From Bryobacterales bacterium (GTDB lineage: Bacteria > Acidobacteriota > Terriglobia > Bryobacterales > UBA6623): a DNA stretch of 64,000 nucleotides. The DNA lies in the NCBI GenBank assembly GCA_963422375.2, contig OY729428.2, forward strand, positions 1,632,001 to 1,696,000, given 5' to 3'. The notes under the pieces are model-generated. The model had not been told where the DNA came from. It searched no databases and saw nothing but the letters and a program-made list of their open reading frames with translations. The position numbers and the translations under genes were made by a program. Every line of letters begins with the position of its first letter. The first letter of the stretch is position 1. Positions 46,819 through 57,696 of this stretch are shown here, piece by piece.

Positions 46819-48228
46819 TCATGGATTGCGCCTCATCTGCTCGATGGTCACGTCCCAAGGCTGGGGCCCCAAGGGATCGTAGCGCGGCCGGGCGTCCCTG
46901 GCTGGCATGCTCGCGGCGACCGCGCGGAGCCTCTCCATTGCGGCGACATGCTCGGGCAGACCGCTGTCGACCAAGTTGTGCGCTTCCCCGGGGTCCCGGG
47001 CCAGGTCGTACAGCTCGCGTACCTCCCGCCGATGAACGTGGACCTTGTAGCGCTTGTCGCGAATCACTCGGGGCGCGAAGTCCTCGACTCCGCGGACGCC
47101 GTTCTCGTCCAGCACGGCAGCGCCGAAGCCCATTGCTGCGATCCAATCGCGAGGGCTGTCTTGCTCCTCTCCCAAGATGACCCTGGCGATCGACTTGCCG
47201 TCCAGATCCACGCCCGCGGGCAGGTCCGCTCCGGCGAGCTCGCAGAACGTGGGCAGCAGGTCGGAGAAATCGGTAAGCGCGTCGGTCTCGACGCCGGCCG
47301 GCACTAGGCCTGGACCGTTCACTATGAAGGGCTGGCGCGGGCCGTTCTCGGTCAGGCGCCCCTTGCCCCCGGCGACCAGCCGTCCGTTCAGACGGCCGCG
47401 GATGCCCCGCGCAGTGCCGTTGTCCGTCGTGAAGATGACGACAGTGTTATCGCGGACGCCCGCGTCGTCCAGCGCCTTGACCAGCCGGCCGACGAGATAG
47501 TCGGTGTAGCGTACCATCGCCTTGTGCTTCTCGAGCGCGGATTCGGCGAAAGGCTCGTGGGGAGTCCGCACGAGAGGCCCGTGCGTGAGTGTCATGGGGT
47601 AGTACAGCAGCATCGGGCGGTCCCGGTTCCGCCTCACGAAGTCGACCAGGAAGTCGTTGTATAGGTCCGGGCCGAACTGCCCCTCGTAGGTCCGGCTGGT
47701 CCGCTTGTCGGTGAAGACGTACGGGTTCCAATACCTTTCGTTGCTGACTGGGTTGTCTCCCTCCCCGCCGGTCCAAACCGACCACTCGTCGAATCCATGC
47801 TCGAACAGGGCTCGGGGCTGGACGCGAAAATCGTTGATCTGCCACTTCCCGGCCACCGCAGTGGCGTAGCCGGCCTTCCGCAGCAGCCGGGCGAACGAGA
47901 CGTTGTGCGCGGGGTCGAAGTGGCACCCCGCTCCCCACCGAGGCACGTCCCAGTGATTCGTCCAGCCGTGCCGGAACGGGTACTGCCCGGTGAGGAGCGT
48001 GACGCGGGTCGGCGTGCATTGCGGCATCGAGTACGCGTTGCGGAAGAGCATCCCGCCGGACGCCAGCTTGTCGATGTTGGGAGTCTCGATGCCCTCTCCC
48101 CCGTAGCTCGAGATCCATTCCGGTCCTAGGTCGTCCACCATGACGAGGACGATATTGGGCGGGGCCGCCCATGCCGAGGCGGCGGCGAGCCAGACAGCGA
48201 AACGGGCGATTCTCGTCGTCGGTCCCAT
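46819..48228 (-). CDS. Exported sulfatase
   Basis: PNIVLVMVDDLG, CTPTRVTLLTG, GKWQ, TDNG. Confidence 0.93.
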   Translation of the reverse strand: MGPTTRIARFAVWLAAASAWAAPPNIVLVMVDDLGPEWISSYGGEGIETPNIDKLASGGMLFRNAYSMPQCTPTRVTLLTGQYPFRHGWTNHWDVPRWGAGCHFDPAHNVSFARLLRKAGYATAVAGKWQINDFRVQPRALFEHGFDEWSVWTGGEGDNPVSNERYWNPYVFTDKRTSRTYEGQFGPDLYNDFLVDFVRRNRDRPMLLYYPMTLTHGPLVRTPHEPFAESALEKHKAMVRYTDYLVGRLVKALDDAGVRDNTVVIFTTDNGTARGIRGRLNGRLVAGGKGRLTENGPRQPFIVNGPGLVPAGVETDALTDFSDLLPTFCELAGADLPAGVDLDGKSIARVILGEEQDSPRDWIAAMGFGAAVLDENGVRGVEDFAPRVIRDKRYKVHVHRREVRELYDLARDPGEAHNLVDSGLPEHVAAMERLRAVAASMPARDARPRYDPLGPQPWDVTIEQMRRNP

Positions 48229-49067
48229 CAAGCTAGGGTAATACGATCGATCTTGCTCGCGGTTGAGATCGCTCGGTCCAGGTTCGGGCGGACGGGTCAG
48301 CGTGCTAGCTCCGGATGCATGGGTGGCTGTGTGGCGAGGGTTGCTCTGGCGTCCAGATCTCCCGGCGCGAGTCCGTGTCCGAGCGCGGTGGAGCAGCGGA
48401 GGCGCTTCGGCCGAGTGGCAACTCGCGTCGGGTAGGGGGCAAGCAAGGCATATGGACCGAGGTAGCAGTTCTGGCGAATTGGCTCTTGAGCGCCGAGTAG
48501 CGCGTCCCGGATACGCCTGGCGACAGGGGTGAACGAGACGAGGCCGTGGCCGGCACCCTGCCCGCGCTGGCTGCCGGTCGCTCCAGCTGCCCCGGCGACA
48601 GCCCTGACCGGATCTTGACGGCGGACTGCCGGACGTTCGGGAGTTGCGCCGGTACGCCGTAAGGCTATACCCCGCCGGAGCTGCGGGGCGCCAATAGCGT
48701 ACCGCTCGCGCCGGAATTGACATGGCGCGGGCGCGGCTTCCGGCATCCCGGCGATGCCGCATGTGCCGCGCAGGGAAAAGGATACAGGCACTCTGACGCC
48801 CTTGTCGCCGGTCCCGGCGAGCCCGGTCATGCAGCGGTGCCGGCGATGTGATCGGGGCGCGTCCGGCAGCGTGCTTGGCTGACCCGGTCGCAGCGCAGGT
48901 GCTCCTTGAATTGCCTCCGCAGGTCCCCCGGTCGGGAGGCGACGAGGCTGCGCCGAAGACCGCCGGTTGGCGTTGCGCCGTGCGGGTCGCACGCGCGCCG
49001 CCGTTCGAAGTGGAGAAAGCCGTCCGCGGTGCCGATTTGTCCAGCCCGAACTGGCTGTCGCTCGGCC

Positions 49068-49985
49068 TCAGCCTCCGTCGGGAAAGTTCCGCATCAGGTC
49101 GTCGGCAAGCATCTCGGCTTTGAACAGTTGGCCGGGGCTCATGTGCTTGCCAAGGAGTTCAGTGTGCCGCCTTGCAGATTGGTCTTGGCGTGTGGAGGCG
49201 GCGTGGAGGCAGAATCCGTAGGTATGAATCAGGTTCGGCGGGCTGGCGTCGTACCCTTGCCGAATTTCCTCGAGGAGGCCCTCGGCCCATTCGTGGGAGC
49301 TATCCATGGCCTTGCGCCACCAGTGCCGGGCTGCGGCGTGGTCGACCTCGACACCGTTCCCGTGAATGCACTTCAGCCCCATGTTGTACTGCGCGCGCAT
49401 GTCGCCGAGTTCGGCGGCCTTCCGGCACCACCGAGCGCTCTCGCTCTTGTCGACCGGCACCGTTTCTCCGTCGTCGTAGAGGAGGCTTAGCCGGAACGCG
49501 GCCTCTTTACGGTCTTGCTGCGCGGAAAGCTTGAGCCAGCGCACGCCTTCGGCGGGGTCCGACTGAAGCCCTTCGCCGTCAAGAAGCATGGTCCCGAGAA
49601 GCAGTTGACCGTAAGCGTCGCCCAACTCGGCGCCCTTGCGGAACCAGCGCGCCGCTTCCTCGAGGTCAACGGGTCCGCTCGTGCCTCGGACGGCCGCAAG
49701 GCCAACCTCCACCGCCGCCTCGGCGTGGCCGCTCTCGGCGGCCTTGACGAGCCATGCCTTCCCTTTCTCGCAGTCTTGGTCAACCCCTTGGCCCAGCATG
49801 AACATCCTGCCGACGTCGTACTGAGCCACCGGAATCCCGATTTCCGCTAGGAGCTGGGCCGTTGCGAAAGTCTTTTCGAGGTCGGAATCGAGTGCTCCGA
49901 GCTCGGCGGGGCCCGATTCCGGCCGGGCTGTCGTCGGCCGATCCGTATTCCTTCGACGACGGTGCCGGCCCGGTCGCTTCTGCAT
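49068..49985 (-). CDS. Sel1-like repeat protein
   Basis: About five repeats (AQYDVGRMF..GQGV.QD, WFRKGAELGD, AQYNMG); start uncertain. Confidence 0.85.
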   Translation of the reverse strand: MQKRPGRHRRRRNTDRPTTARPESGPAELGALDSDLEKTFATAQLLAEIGIPVAQYDVGRMFMLGQGVDQDCEKGKAWLVKAAESGHAEAAVEVGLAAVRGTSGPVDLEEAARWFRKGAELGDAYGQLLLGTMLLDGEGLQSDPAEGVRWLKLSAQQDRKEAAFRLSLLYDDGETVPVDKSESARWCRKAAELGDMRAQYNMGLKCIHGNGVEVDHAAARHWWRKAMDSSHEWAEGLLEEIRQGYDASPPNLIHTYGFCLHAASTRQDQSARRHTELLGKHMSPGQLFKAEMLADDLMRNFPDGG

Positions 49986-50192
49986 GAGTCGAAGGGTACA
50001 CCATTCCCCGTGCGCGTCCGGCACGAGCTTCCGGATCTCAGCGGGGACCGCCCTCGAGGCCGCGGCAGGCTCGGCCGTACGGAACAGTCTCCAAGCCAGT
50101 TCCCCTGCATTGGCTCCGTCCCCCGGGCCGCTCGCCCGTAGTCGCGAGGAAGACCGGGCCCGCGCACGTCGGATCGGCCAAACTGTTAGACC

Positions 50193-52148
50193 GTGGAAGG
50201 ACCCTACTCATCAGACGATCCCTCGATCTACGAGATCCAAACAGACGCCGCCGGTCCCTCAGGCCAGCTGCCCTTGACACCCGCCATGCTGCGCACGCTG
50301 CCCAGCGGCGACATATTCGGATGGACCCAGGACGCCGGAATGGGCTGGAATCCAGCCCATCTCGGACGGGACGAGTACCTCATTCTTAGCACCCAGGGCG
50401 GAATCCGGGGCGAGGACGGCTCCCCCGTGGCCCTCGGCTACCACACCGGGCACTTCGAGGTCGGCCTGTTGATGAGGGAGGCCGCCATCGAGCTCCGCGA
50501 GCGAGGGAGCATTCCGTTCGCGGGCTACTGCAGCGACCCCTGCGACGGTCGCACCCAAGGCACGCCGGGGATGATGGACTCGCTGCCCTACCGCAATGAC
50601 GCAGCGCAGGTTCTCCGCCGCCTGATTCGGTCCCTGCCAACCCGTCGCGGCGTGATCGGGGTCGCTACCTGCGACAAGGGCCTCCCGGCGATGATGATGG
50701 CTCTCGCCTCGATGCACGACCTGCCCTGCGTGCTCGTGCCGGGGGGCGTCACTCTCCCGGCTCGCGACGGCGAGGACGCCGGCAAGGTGCAGACCATCGG
50801 CGCCCGTTTCTCGCATGGGGAACTGAGCTTGGAGCAGGCGCGCGACTTCGGGTGCAAGGCCTGCGGCACGCCCGGCGGGGGCTGCCAATTCCTCGGGACC
50901 GCGGCGACGGCCCAGGTCGTCGCCGAAGCGCTGGGCTTGGCCCCGCCGCACTCGGCGCTCGCGCCGTCCGGGCAGGCAGTATGGAAGCAGGCCGCCCGCA
51001 GGGCGGCGAGGGCGGTGGTCGCCCAGCGCTCCGCCGGCCTCGCCGTCCGCGACATCCTGACCGACGGGGCCCTGCGGAACGCGATGGTGGTCCATGCCGC
51101 GTTCGGTGGGTCCACCAACCTCCTGCTGCACCTGCCGGCCGTCGCCTACTGCGCCGGCCTCCGAAGGCCGACGGTCGAGGACTGGGCCGCCGTCAATTGC
51201 CAGGTGGTCCGCTTGGTCGACGTCCTGCCCAACGGCCCGGCGGGCCATCCCACGGTGCGCGCGTTCCTCGCGGGCGGAGTGCCCGAAGTCATGCGGCACT
51301 TGCGCGATCTCGGCCTGCTGGATCTGGACGCCCTGACGGCGTCGGGCATGCCGCTGGGGCCCTCGCTCGAGCGGTGGGAGGGGAGCGAGCGGCGCAGGGC
51401 GTTCCGCGAGACCCTAGCACGGCTCGACGGAGTGGATCCGGACGAGGTGATCTACGCGCCCTCGGCTGCAAGCCGACGCGGGCTGACCAGCACCATCACG
51501 TTCTGCCGCGGCAACCTGGCTCCGGACGGGGCGGTAGTGAAGAGCACCGCGATCGATCCGTCCGTCATCGACGCGAGCGGCGTCTACCGCAAGGTCGGGC
51601 CGGCGCGCATCTTCACGCGCGAGGCCGACGCCATCGAGGCCCTCAAGAGCGGTTCGGTGCGGCCGGGGGACATCATGGCGCTGATCTGCTGCGGGCCCCT
51701 CGGATCGGGCATGGAAGAGATCTACCAGATCACCTCGACGCTCAAGCATCTCTCGTACGGCAAGCAAATCGCAGTCGTCACGGACGCTCGCTTCTCCGGC
51801 GTGTCGACCGGTGCCTGCGTCGGGCACGTCGGGCCCGAGGCTCTCGAGGGCGGACCGCTCGGTCGCCTCCTCGAGGGCGACCTGCTGCGCATCGAAATCG
51901 ACTGTCGCAGGCTGCAGGGCTCGGTCGACTTGGTCGGGCACGGCGGCAGCCTCTTCGGGCCCGCGGAGGGCGAGCGCGTTCTGCGCGGTCGGCGCATGCG
52001 GCCGGACTTGGCCCCGCACCCCGGCCTCCCGGACGACACCCGCCTATGGGCGGCGCTCCAGCGCTGCGGCGGAGGCGCGTGGCAAGGATGCGTCTACGAC
52101 GTCGATGCGATCGTCTCGGCCCTCGAGCGCGGGGGCGGCGCGGCCTAG
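50193..52148 (+). CDS. YjhG/YagF-family sugar-acid (D-xylonate) dehydratase, IlvD/Edd family
   Basis: [58 protein letters not shown]. Confidence 0.93.
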   Translation: MEGPYSSDDPSIYEIQTDAAGPSGQLPLTPAMLRTLPSGDIFGWTQDAGMGWNPAHLGRDEYLILSTQGGIRGEDGSPVALGYHTGHFEVGLLMREAAIELRERGSIPFAGYCSDPCDGRTQGTPGMMDSLPYRNDAAQVLRRLIRSLPTRRGVIGVATCDKGLPAMMMALASMHDLPCVLVPGGVTLPARDGEDAGKVQTIGARFSHGELSLEQARDFGCKACGTPGGGCQFLGTAATAQVVAEALGLAPPHSALAPSGQAVWKQAARRAARAVVAQRSAGLAVRDILTDGALRNAMVVHAAFGGSTNLLLHLPAVAYCAGLRRPTVEDWAAVNCQVVRLVDVLPNGPAGHPTVRAFLAGGVPEVMRHLRDLGLLDLDALTASGMPLGPSLERWEGSERRRAFRETLARLDGVDPDEVIYAPSAASRRGLTSTITFCRGNLAPDGAVVKSTAIDPSVIDASGVYRKVGPARIFTREADAIEALKSGSVRPGDIMALICCGPLGSGMEEIYQITSTLKHLSYGKQIAVVTDARFSGVSTGACVGHVGPEALEGGPLGRLLEGDLLRIEIDCRRLQGSVDLVGHGGSLFGPAEGERVLRGRRMRPDLAPHPGLPDDTRLWAALQRCGGGAWQGCVYDVDAIVSALERGGGAA

Positions 52149-52167
52149 GGACGCTCGTGGAGCGGCA

Positions 52168-53526
52168 CTACGGCCGGATGATCGAGCCGTCCCGGCGGCG
52201 CGTGGTGCCCCAGCTGTAGTCGAAGGGCGTGTCGTAGCGCGAATCGAGGTCGTACTTCGCCGCGAGCCCCTCGTCGATTTCCATGCCCCAGCCGGGAGCC
52301 TCGTTCGGGAAGAAGAAGCCGTTCTCCAGCAGCGGGCAGCCCTGGAACACTTCGTGGACCGAGTCGGGCCACGTGCGCCCTTCTTGGATTCCGAAGTTGT
52401 AGCAGCTCACGTCGAGCGCGATGTTCGCGAGGTGTCCGACGGGCGAGGTGTCTCCCGGCCCGTGCCAGGCCGTGCGGACGCCGAACCATTCGCAGAGCGC
52501 GGCCAGCTTGCGGGCCGGGGTGAGCCCGCCGATCTGGGAGATATGGACGCGGATGAAGTCGATCAGCCGCTCGGCGATGAGTCCGGTGAACTCGTGCGGC
52601 GAGTTGAACAGCTCGCCCATGGCGATGGCGGTCGTCGTCTGGGACCGCATGTGGCGGAAGTATCCGATCTGCTCGGGAGACACCGGATCCTCGATGAAGA
52701 ACGGACGGTACTCCTCGACCCTCTTGAGCAGCCACATCGCCTGCGCGTTGGAGATGCGCTCGTGGACGTCGTGCAGAAGCTCGATCTCCTCCCCGACGTT
52801 CCTGCGCATGTGGTCGAAGAGCTTCGGAACGCTCAGCAGGTACGGCGTGGGTTCGTACATGCGCTCGGCGTGCGGGCCGCCCGACGGAGCGCCGAGAAAC
52901 CCGCCCGGGTTGCCGCCTTGGCTGCGTGCGCCGTAGTTCGCGTTGCCTGCGATTCCGACCTGTATCCGGACGTGGCGCACGCCCTCCTCGATGTAGGCCT
53001 GCGCCATGTCCTCGACCTCCTCCATGCTGGCCCCGGAGGCGTGGCGGTATACGTCCGCGCCGTTACGGGCCTTGCCTCCGAGCAAGGCGTAGACGGGCAT
53101 GTTGGCGCGCTTGCCCTTGATATCCCACAGGGCCTGGTCCACGCCGCTCATCGCGTTGTAGAGGACCGGGCCATTGCGCCAGTACGAGCTGACGTACATC
53201 GTCTGCCAGATGTCTTCGATGTGGTCGGGATTCTTGCCTTTGAGGAAGGGGCGCAGGAACTCGTCGACGGCGGTGACGACGGCCCTGGCCCGTTGCGTGA
53301 ACGTCGCGCAGCCGTAACCGTGCAGGCCCGGCTCGCTGGTCTCGACCTTCACGATCACCGTTCTAGGCAGGCCCGGAGGGGCGGTCAGGATCGCCTTGAC
53401 GTCAGTGATCTCGAGTTCGGGAAGGCCGCGCGTGGCCTGCCGCTCCTGAGCCGAGCCAACCCGCGTTGCGGGCAGCCCCGCGAGGCCGACGCCGGCCAGA
53501 CGCTTCAAGACACTGCGTCGTTTCAT
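52168..53526 (-). CDS. Enolase-superfamily dehydratase (RspA/mannonate dehydratase-like) with Tat-like leader
   Basis: MKRRSVLK, YWRNGPV, LWDIKGK, LLHDVHER, FIEDP, MGEL, WHGPGD. Confidence 0.92.
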   Translation of the reverse strand: MKRRSVLKRLAGVGLAGLPATRVGSAQERQATRGLPELEITDVKAILTAPPGLPRTVIVKVETSEPGLHGYGCATFTQRARAVVTAVDEFLRPFLKGKNPDHIEDIWQTMYVSSYWRNGPVLYNAMSGVDQALWDIKGKRANMPVYALLGGKARNGADVYRHASGASMEEVEDMAQAYIEEGVRHVRIQVGIAGNANYGARSQGGNPGGFLGAPSGGPHAERMYEPTPYLLSVPKLFDHMRRNVGEEIELLHDVHERISNAQAMWLLKRVEEYRPFFIEDPVSPEQIGYFRHMRSQTTTAIAMGELFNSPHEFTGLIAERLIDFIRVHISQIGGLTPARKLAALCEWFGVRTAWHGPGDTSPVGHLANIALDVSCYNFGIQEGRTWPDSVHEVFQGCPLLENGFFFPNEAPGWGMEIDEGLAAKYDLDSRYDTPFDYSWGTTRRRDGSIIRP

Positions 53527-53824
53527 GGCGCCCATTGTACGTGCGCCCGGGTGCGCGGGCTGCCTGCGCCGACAGGCAGGGGACTGCGAGATTCCGGCAA
53601 TCGCGCCCAACGGAGCGTCTCGTAACATGGAAGTGTCGGCGTGTCGCGAGCCCGCCCGCCAGGTCCCGGATGGAGTCGGCTGGGCGGACGACGCTCCGCC
53701 GGCCTGCCGCGGTCCGCTCGCTTCGCTCCCCGACGACTGCGAGCATGCGCCCAATGAATTCGGAGTCTCAGGCGGGGCCGCCGGCCGCTGCCCCGGGTGC
53801 GAGCGGGGATCGGGCCTTCCAGCA

Positions 53825-54757
53825 ATGCGCGCCCTAGTCTCAGGCGGCGCGGGGTTCATCGGCTCGCATCTCTGCGAGCGCCTGCTGGCGGACGGTCATC
53901 AGGTCGTCGCTGTGGACAATCTCTCGACCGGCCGGGCCGAGAACCTAGGTCACCTCCGGCGGCGCTCCGCATTCCGACTGGTCGAGCACGACATCTGCGA
54001 GCCGTTCGAGGTCGGCGGGCCGTTCGTTGCGGTGTACAACCTAGCCTCCCCGGCCAGCCCGCGGGACTACCTCGCGCTGCCCGTCGAGACCCTCCTGGCC
54101 GGGGCCTTGGGCACGCGCAACATGCTCGAGATCGCGCGACGCGACGGCGCCGTGTTCGTGCAGGTGTCGACCTCGGAGACCTACGGAGATCCGCTCGTGC
54201 ATCCGCAGCCCGAGACGTACTGGGGCAACGTCAACCCAGTGGGCCCGCGCGCCGTGTACGACGAGGCGAAGCGGTTCGCGGAAGCTCTGACCATGGCCTA
54301 CTGCCGCGAGTTCGGCGTGCGGACGCGGCTGCCGCGCCTCTTCAACACCTACGGCCCGCGGATGAAGCGCGGCGACGGCCGCGTCCTGCCTGCCTTTCTC
54401 GAGCAGGCCCTGCGCGGGGAGCCCCTCACCGTGTTCGGCGACGGCTCCCAGACCCGCAGCTTCTGCTACGTATCGGACATCGTCGGCGGACTGACGCTCC
54501 TGACGGGCTGTCCGGAGACGGGTCCCGTCAACCTCGGCGGAACGTCGGAGATGACGGTGCTCGAGCTCGCGCGCATGGTGCAGCGCTTGGCCGGGATGTC
54601 GACGGGAATTCGTCACATGCCCCTGCCGCAGGACGACCCGAAGCGCAGGCAGCCCGACATAGCGAAGGCGGTCGGCCGGCTCGGCTGGCGCCCCCGTGTC
54701 TCCATGGAAGAAGGACTGCGTCGGACACTCGACTGGCTGCGGGAGACCGGTCCCTGA
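53825..54757 (+). CDS. UDP-glucuronate decarboxylase-like SDR
   Basis: GGAGFIGSHL, LASPASP, STSETYGDP, YWGNVNP.GPR..YDEAKR. Confidence 0.93.
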   Translation: MRALVSGGAGFIGSHLCERLLADGHQVVAVDNLSTGRAENLGHLRRRSAFRLVEHDICEPFEVGGPFVAVYNLASPASPRDYLALPVETLLAGALGTRNMLEIARRDGAVFVQVSTSETYGDPLVHPQPETYWGNVNPVGPRAVYDEAKRFAEALTMAYCREFGVRTRLPRLFNTYGPRMKRGDGRVLPAFLEQALRGEPLTVFGDGSQTRSFCYVSDIVGGLTLLTGCPETGPVNLGGTSEMTVLELARMVQRLAGMSTGIRHMPLPQDDPKRRQPDIAKAVGRLGWRPRVSMEEGLRRTLDWLRETGP

Positions 54758-54802
54758 CCGTCTGCGCCCGGTCCGGCGCCTGCTTGCCAGAATGGTTTCT
54801 CG

Positions 54803-55510
54803 ATGCCCCGACGCGCGCCGTTGCGGTTCCTCCTGACCAACGACGACGGGATCGAAGCGCCCGGCTTGGCCGCCTTGGAAGCCGCCCTTCCGCGAGAGTC
54901 GGAATCGATCGTCATCGCTCCGACCTCTGAGCGGTCCGCGTGCAGCCACCAGGTCACGACCTCCAGTCCGTTTCGAGCCCGGGCCGTGGACGACCGCCGG
55001 ATTGCAGTGGACGCGCTTCCCGCGGATTGCGTGCGCGTCGCGGCGCACGATCACGCAAGCCGCTTCGACTGGGTGCTGGCCGGCATCAACAACGGCGCCA
55101 ACCTAGGCGCCGACGTGTACTATTCGGGAACCGTGGCGGCAGTGCGCGAGGCCGCCCTGTTCGGGCTCCCGGCGATCGCGCTGTCGCACTACCGGGACCG
55201 CGTCCTAGGGCGCGACGACTGGTCGCGCGCCACTCGCTGGGTGCGCGACCTCCTGCCAGGCCTGCTCCGGCGCCCGCTCGGGCGCGGAGAGTACTGGAAC
55301 GTGAACCTGCCGAGCCTCGCCCCGGGCCCGGCGGAACCGACCGTCGTGGAATGTGACGTGGACACCAGCCCCATGGAGCTGTCGTACGACGCCCGAGGCG
55401 ACCGCTACCTGTACGACGGCGTCTACAGCCGGCGCGGTCGCCTGCCGGGCTGTGACGTGGATCAGTGCTTCGCGGGCAGCATCACCGTCTCGCGTCTCCG
55501 CCTGCGATAG
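54803..55510 (+). CDS. surE: 5'/3'-nucleotidase SurE
   Basis: LLTNDDG, GINNGANLG, YSGTVAA, NVNLP. Confidence 0.94.
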   Translation: MPRRAPLRFLLTNDDGIEAPGLAALEAALPRESESIVIAPTSERSACSHQVTTSSPFRARAVDDRRIAVDALPADCVRVAAHDHASRFDWVLAGINNGANLGADVYYSGTVAAVREAALFGLPAIALSHYRDRVLGRDDWSRATRWVRDLLPGLLRRPLGRGEYWNVNLPSLAPGPAEPTVVECDVDTSPMELSYDARGDRYLYDGVYSRRGRLPGCDVDQCFAGSITVSRLRLR

Positions 55511-55597
55511 GGCTCCGGCAAGAGGGTCCCCTCGCGGCTCGGTGGATGGTGCTTGCCATTCGCTCTCGGTCAGACGAGACTATGAAGGCTGGCCCGC

Positions 55598-56098
55598 TTG
55601 GCGGCCCCGTACGAAGCGAAGGCTGTGGCCAACTTCGTCCTTTCGCGGAAGAGGCTTGAGCAGATGCACCTTCACAAGCTTCTCTATAACGCTCACGGCT
55701 GGCACTCGGGCATTGAGGGGGAGCCGCTGCTCGATGAGATGGTCCAGGCATGGGACTACGGTCCAGACGTGCCGTCGATCCATTACGAGTTCAGAGACTT
55801 CGGACCGTCTCCAATTGACCGCCTTGCCGTAAGGATTCGCTGGGAACAGGGAAGCGTCCGGATGCATGTCCCGCACGTCGACCCTGACGACGAGTCGGCA
55901 GGCGTAATCCTGCGGAGAGTCCGGAGAGTGTACGCGAAGCGGTCTGGAGTCGAGCTTTCGCGCCTGATCAATGTGCCTCAGACGCCTCGGTCCGAGACCC
56001 GTCGCAAGTATCCCAAGATCCGGCGTGTCGTCACACCGAACGAAGCGATCCAGGCGTACTTCGAAACCCGTGTTCGGCAGGAGCGTGATGCCGCGTGA
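55598..56098 (+). CDS. Panacea-domain (DUF4065/SocA) antitoxin, likely degenerate
   Basis: AKAVANF, LHKLLY.AHGW, PLLDE.VQAWDYGP; GPV is GPD and TH..PW is eroded. Confidence 0.82.
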   Translation: MAAPYEAKAVANFVLSRKRLEQMHLHKLLYNAHGWHSGIEGEPLLDEMVQAWDYGPDVPSIHYEFRDFGPSPIDRLAVRIRWEQGSVRMHVPHVDPDDESAGVILRRVRRVYAKRSGVELSRLINVPQTPRSETRRKYPKIRRVVTPNEAIQAYFETRVRQERDAA

Positions 56099-56259
56099 AT
56101 CCGGCTGCTGGCTCGCCCTCTCCAATCCGATTCCGGCGGCGGAGCGTCCGCCCGGTTATGCGTCGGAGAGACCGTCCAGTATTCCAAGCTGCTAGGTCTC
56201 CGATCCCCGGATGATCTGCCCTGAGAGCGGGCCGAGAGGAGGAAATATGCCGCTAGATA

Positions 56260-56514
56260 GTGCTTGTGACAAAACCCCTGAATTCTGGCCCGATCAGCAT
56301 TTCATACTACATCCTGAGGTCGGATGGATCTCCAAACACAACATATAGCGCCCAATGTCGGAAGTTGCTCAGACGCCAATCGCGAAGATTTCCGCGCTCT
56401 ACCCAGAATCGCCAGGATTTCGGATTAGTCGTAGCATTCCAGCGAAATCTTCGCCTTGAGAGATTGGACCTAATGCCTTTGTTGTCAAGGGGATACGAGT
56501 TTTGTCACGGGCAC
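56260..56514. mobile_element. 255-bp MITE, copy 1
   Basis: TIR GTGCTTGTGACAAAAC / GTTTTGTCACGGGCAC; 6-bp TSD TAGATA (56254-56259, 56515-56520). Confidence 0.92.
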
Positions 56515-56934
56515 TAGATATCTTCGGCTGGTCGTCGAGTGGCCTGTGGTATCCGCGGGAATCTTGCCTGGACGGGGGGTGCTTGCTTCCGGGGTAGGCC
56601 CGGCGTCGTTGAGTGTTGCGCTGGCCGCGATTGCCGGAACGCCGGCTAGCGGGCGCGTCTTTCGCCGCCCCGGACCTGATTCCATCGGGCCGATGGTGTC
56701 TCCAATCACCGAGTCCAGGTCGTGCGACAGATTGCGGCAACGGGGCCAGGGGGGTGGATACGTGCCTTGTCGGAGCCTCCCAACGCCGCCTTGCCGCTGC
56801 CGGCGGGTGAGATCCCGCCCGCACGCCCAGGGCAGCTCCGTTCTCTGGCCGTGAGCAGCCGGTAGCGTCTCCGGGCTTCGGACAGGCCGGCTCGGACTCG
56901 AAGGCGGCCGTGAGACAATCCGAACTGGACCGCC

Positions 56935-57696
56935 TTGGCGCGCACCCGTGTGGATCAGTTGCTTGTCGAGCGGGGCCTCGTCGAATCCCGCCAAAGGGCG
57001 CATGCCATGGTCTTGGCCGGCGATGTCCTGATCGACGGGCAGAAGGCGGACAAGCCCGGGCGGCAGGTTCCGCCGGACGCTGCCGTCCGGCTCCTGCGCG
57101 AGCGCCCGCCGTTCGTCAGCCGAGCGGGCCTGAAGCTGGACGCCGCCATCCGGCATTTCGAAATCGACTTGGCGCGGAAGCGGTGCCTCGACATCGGGGC
57201 GTCGACCGGAGGGTTCACGGACTGCATGCTGCAGCGCGGGGCCGCCACTGTCTATGCCGTGGACGTGGGCATCGGGCAGCTTCACTGGAGCGTCCGCAAC
57301 GACGAGAGAGTGGTCGTCCGCGAGCGGCTGAACGCCCGGCACCTTACGCTCGGCGAGATCGGCGAGCCCGTCGACTTCCTCTGCTGCGATGTGAGCTTCA
57401 TCTCGGTCACGAAGATCCTGCCCCGCTTTCCGCTGGTGCTCCGGCCCGGCAGCCAAGCGGTGGTTCTCGCCAAGCCCCAGTTCGAGGTCGGCAAGGGCGA
57501 GGTCGGCAAGGGCGGTGTCGTGCGCGACGCGGAGCAGCACCGCCGAGTCGTGCAGAGCGTTCGCTCCGCCATGCTTGATTGCGGGTTCGGCCCGGTGGAC
57601 TGGATCGAGAGCCCGATCCAGGGTGCCGCTGGCAACCGGGAGTTCCTGCTCCGGGGCGACGACTTCCGTCCGTCCCGCTGCGGGGTGAGCGCGTGA
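56935..57696 (+). CDS. tlyA: TlyA family rRNA methyltransferase
   Basis: S4 domain, FVSRAGLKL, DIGASTGGFTD, DVSFIS, KPQFE, GNREF. Confidence 0.96.
   Translation: MARTRVDQLLVERGLVESRQRAHAMVLAGDVLIDGQKADKPGRQVPPDAAVRLLRERPPFVSRAGLKLDAAIRHFEIDLARKRCLDIGASTGGFTDCMLQRGAATVYAVDVGIGQLHWSVRNDERVVVRERLNARHLTLGEIGEPVDFLCCDVSFISVTKILPRFPLVLRPGSQAVVLAKPQFEVGKGEVGKGGVVRDAEQHRRVVQSVRSAMLDCGFGPVDWIESPIQGAAGNREFLLRGDDFRPSRCGVSA

Noticed and set aside
48230..49060. Possible genes or RNA in an 830-bp gap
   Set aside because: I found no convincing ORF, repeat or RNA signature by eye
56260..56517. 85-aa ORF spanning MITE copy 1
   Set aside because: It is interrupted by a stop in copy 2, starts at the first base of the element, borrows its stop from the TSD and has no recognisable motif
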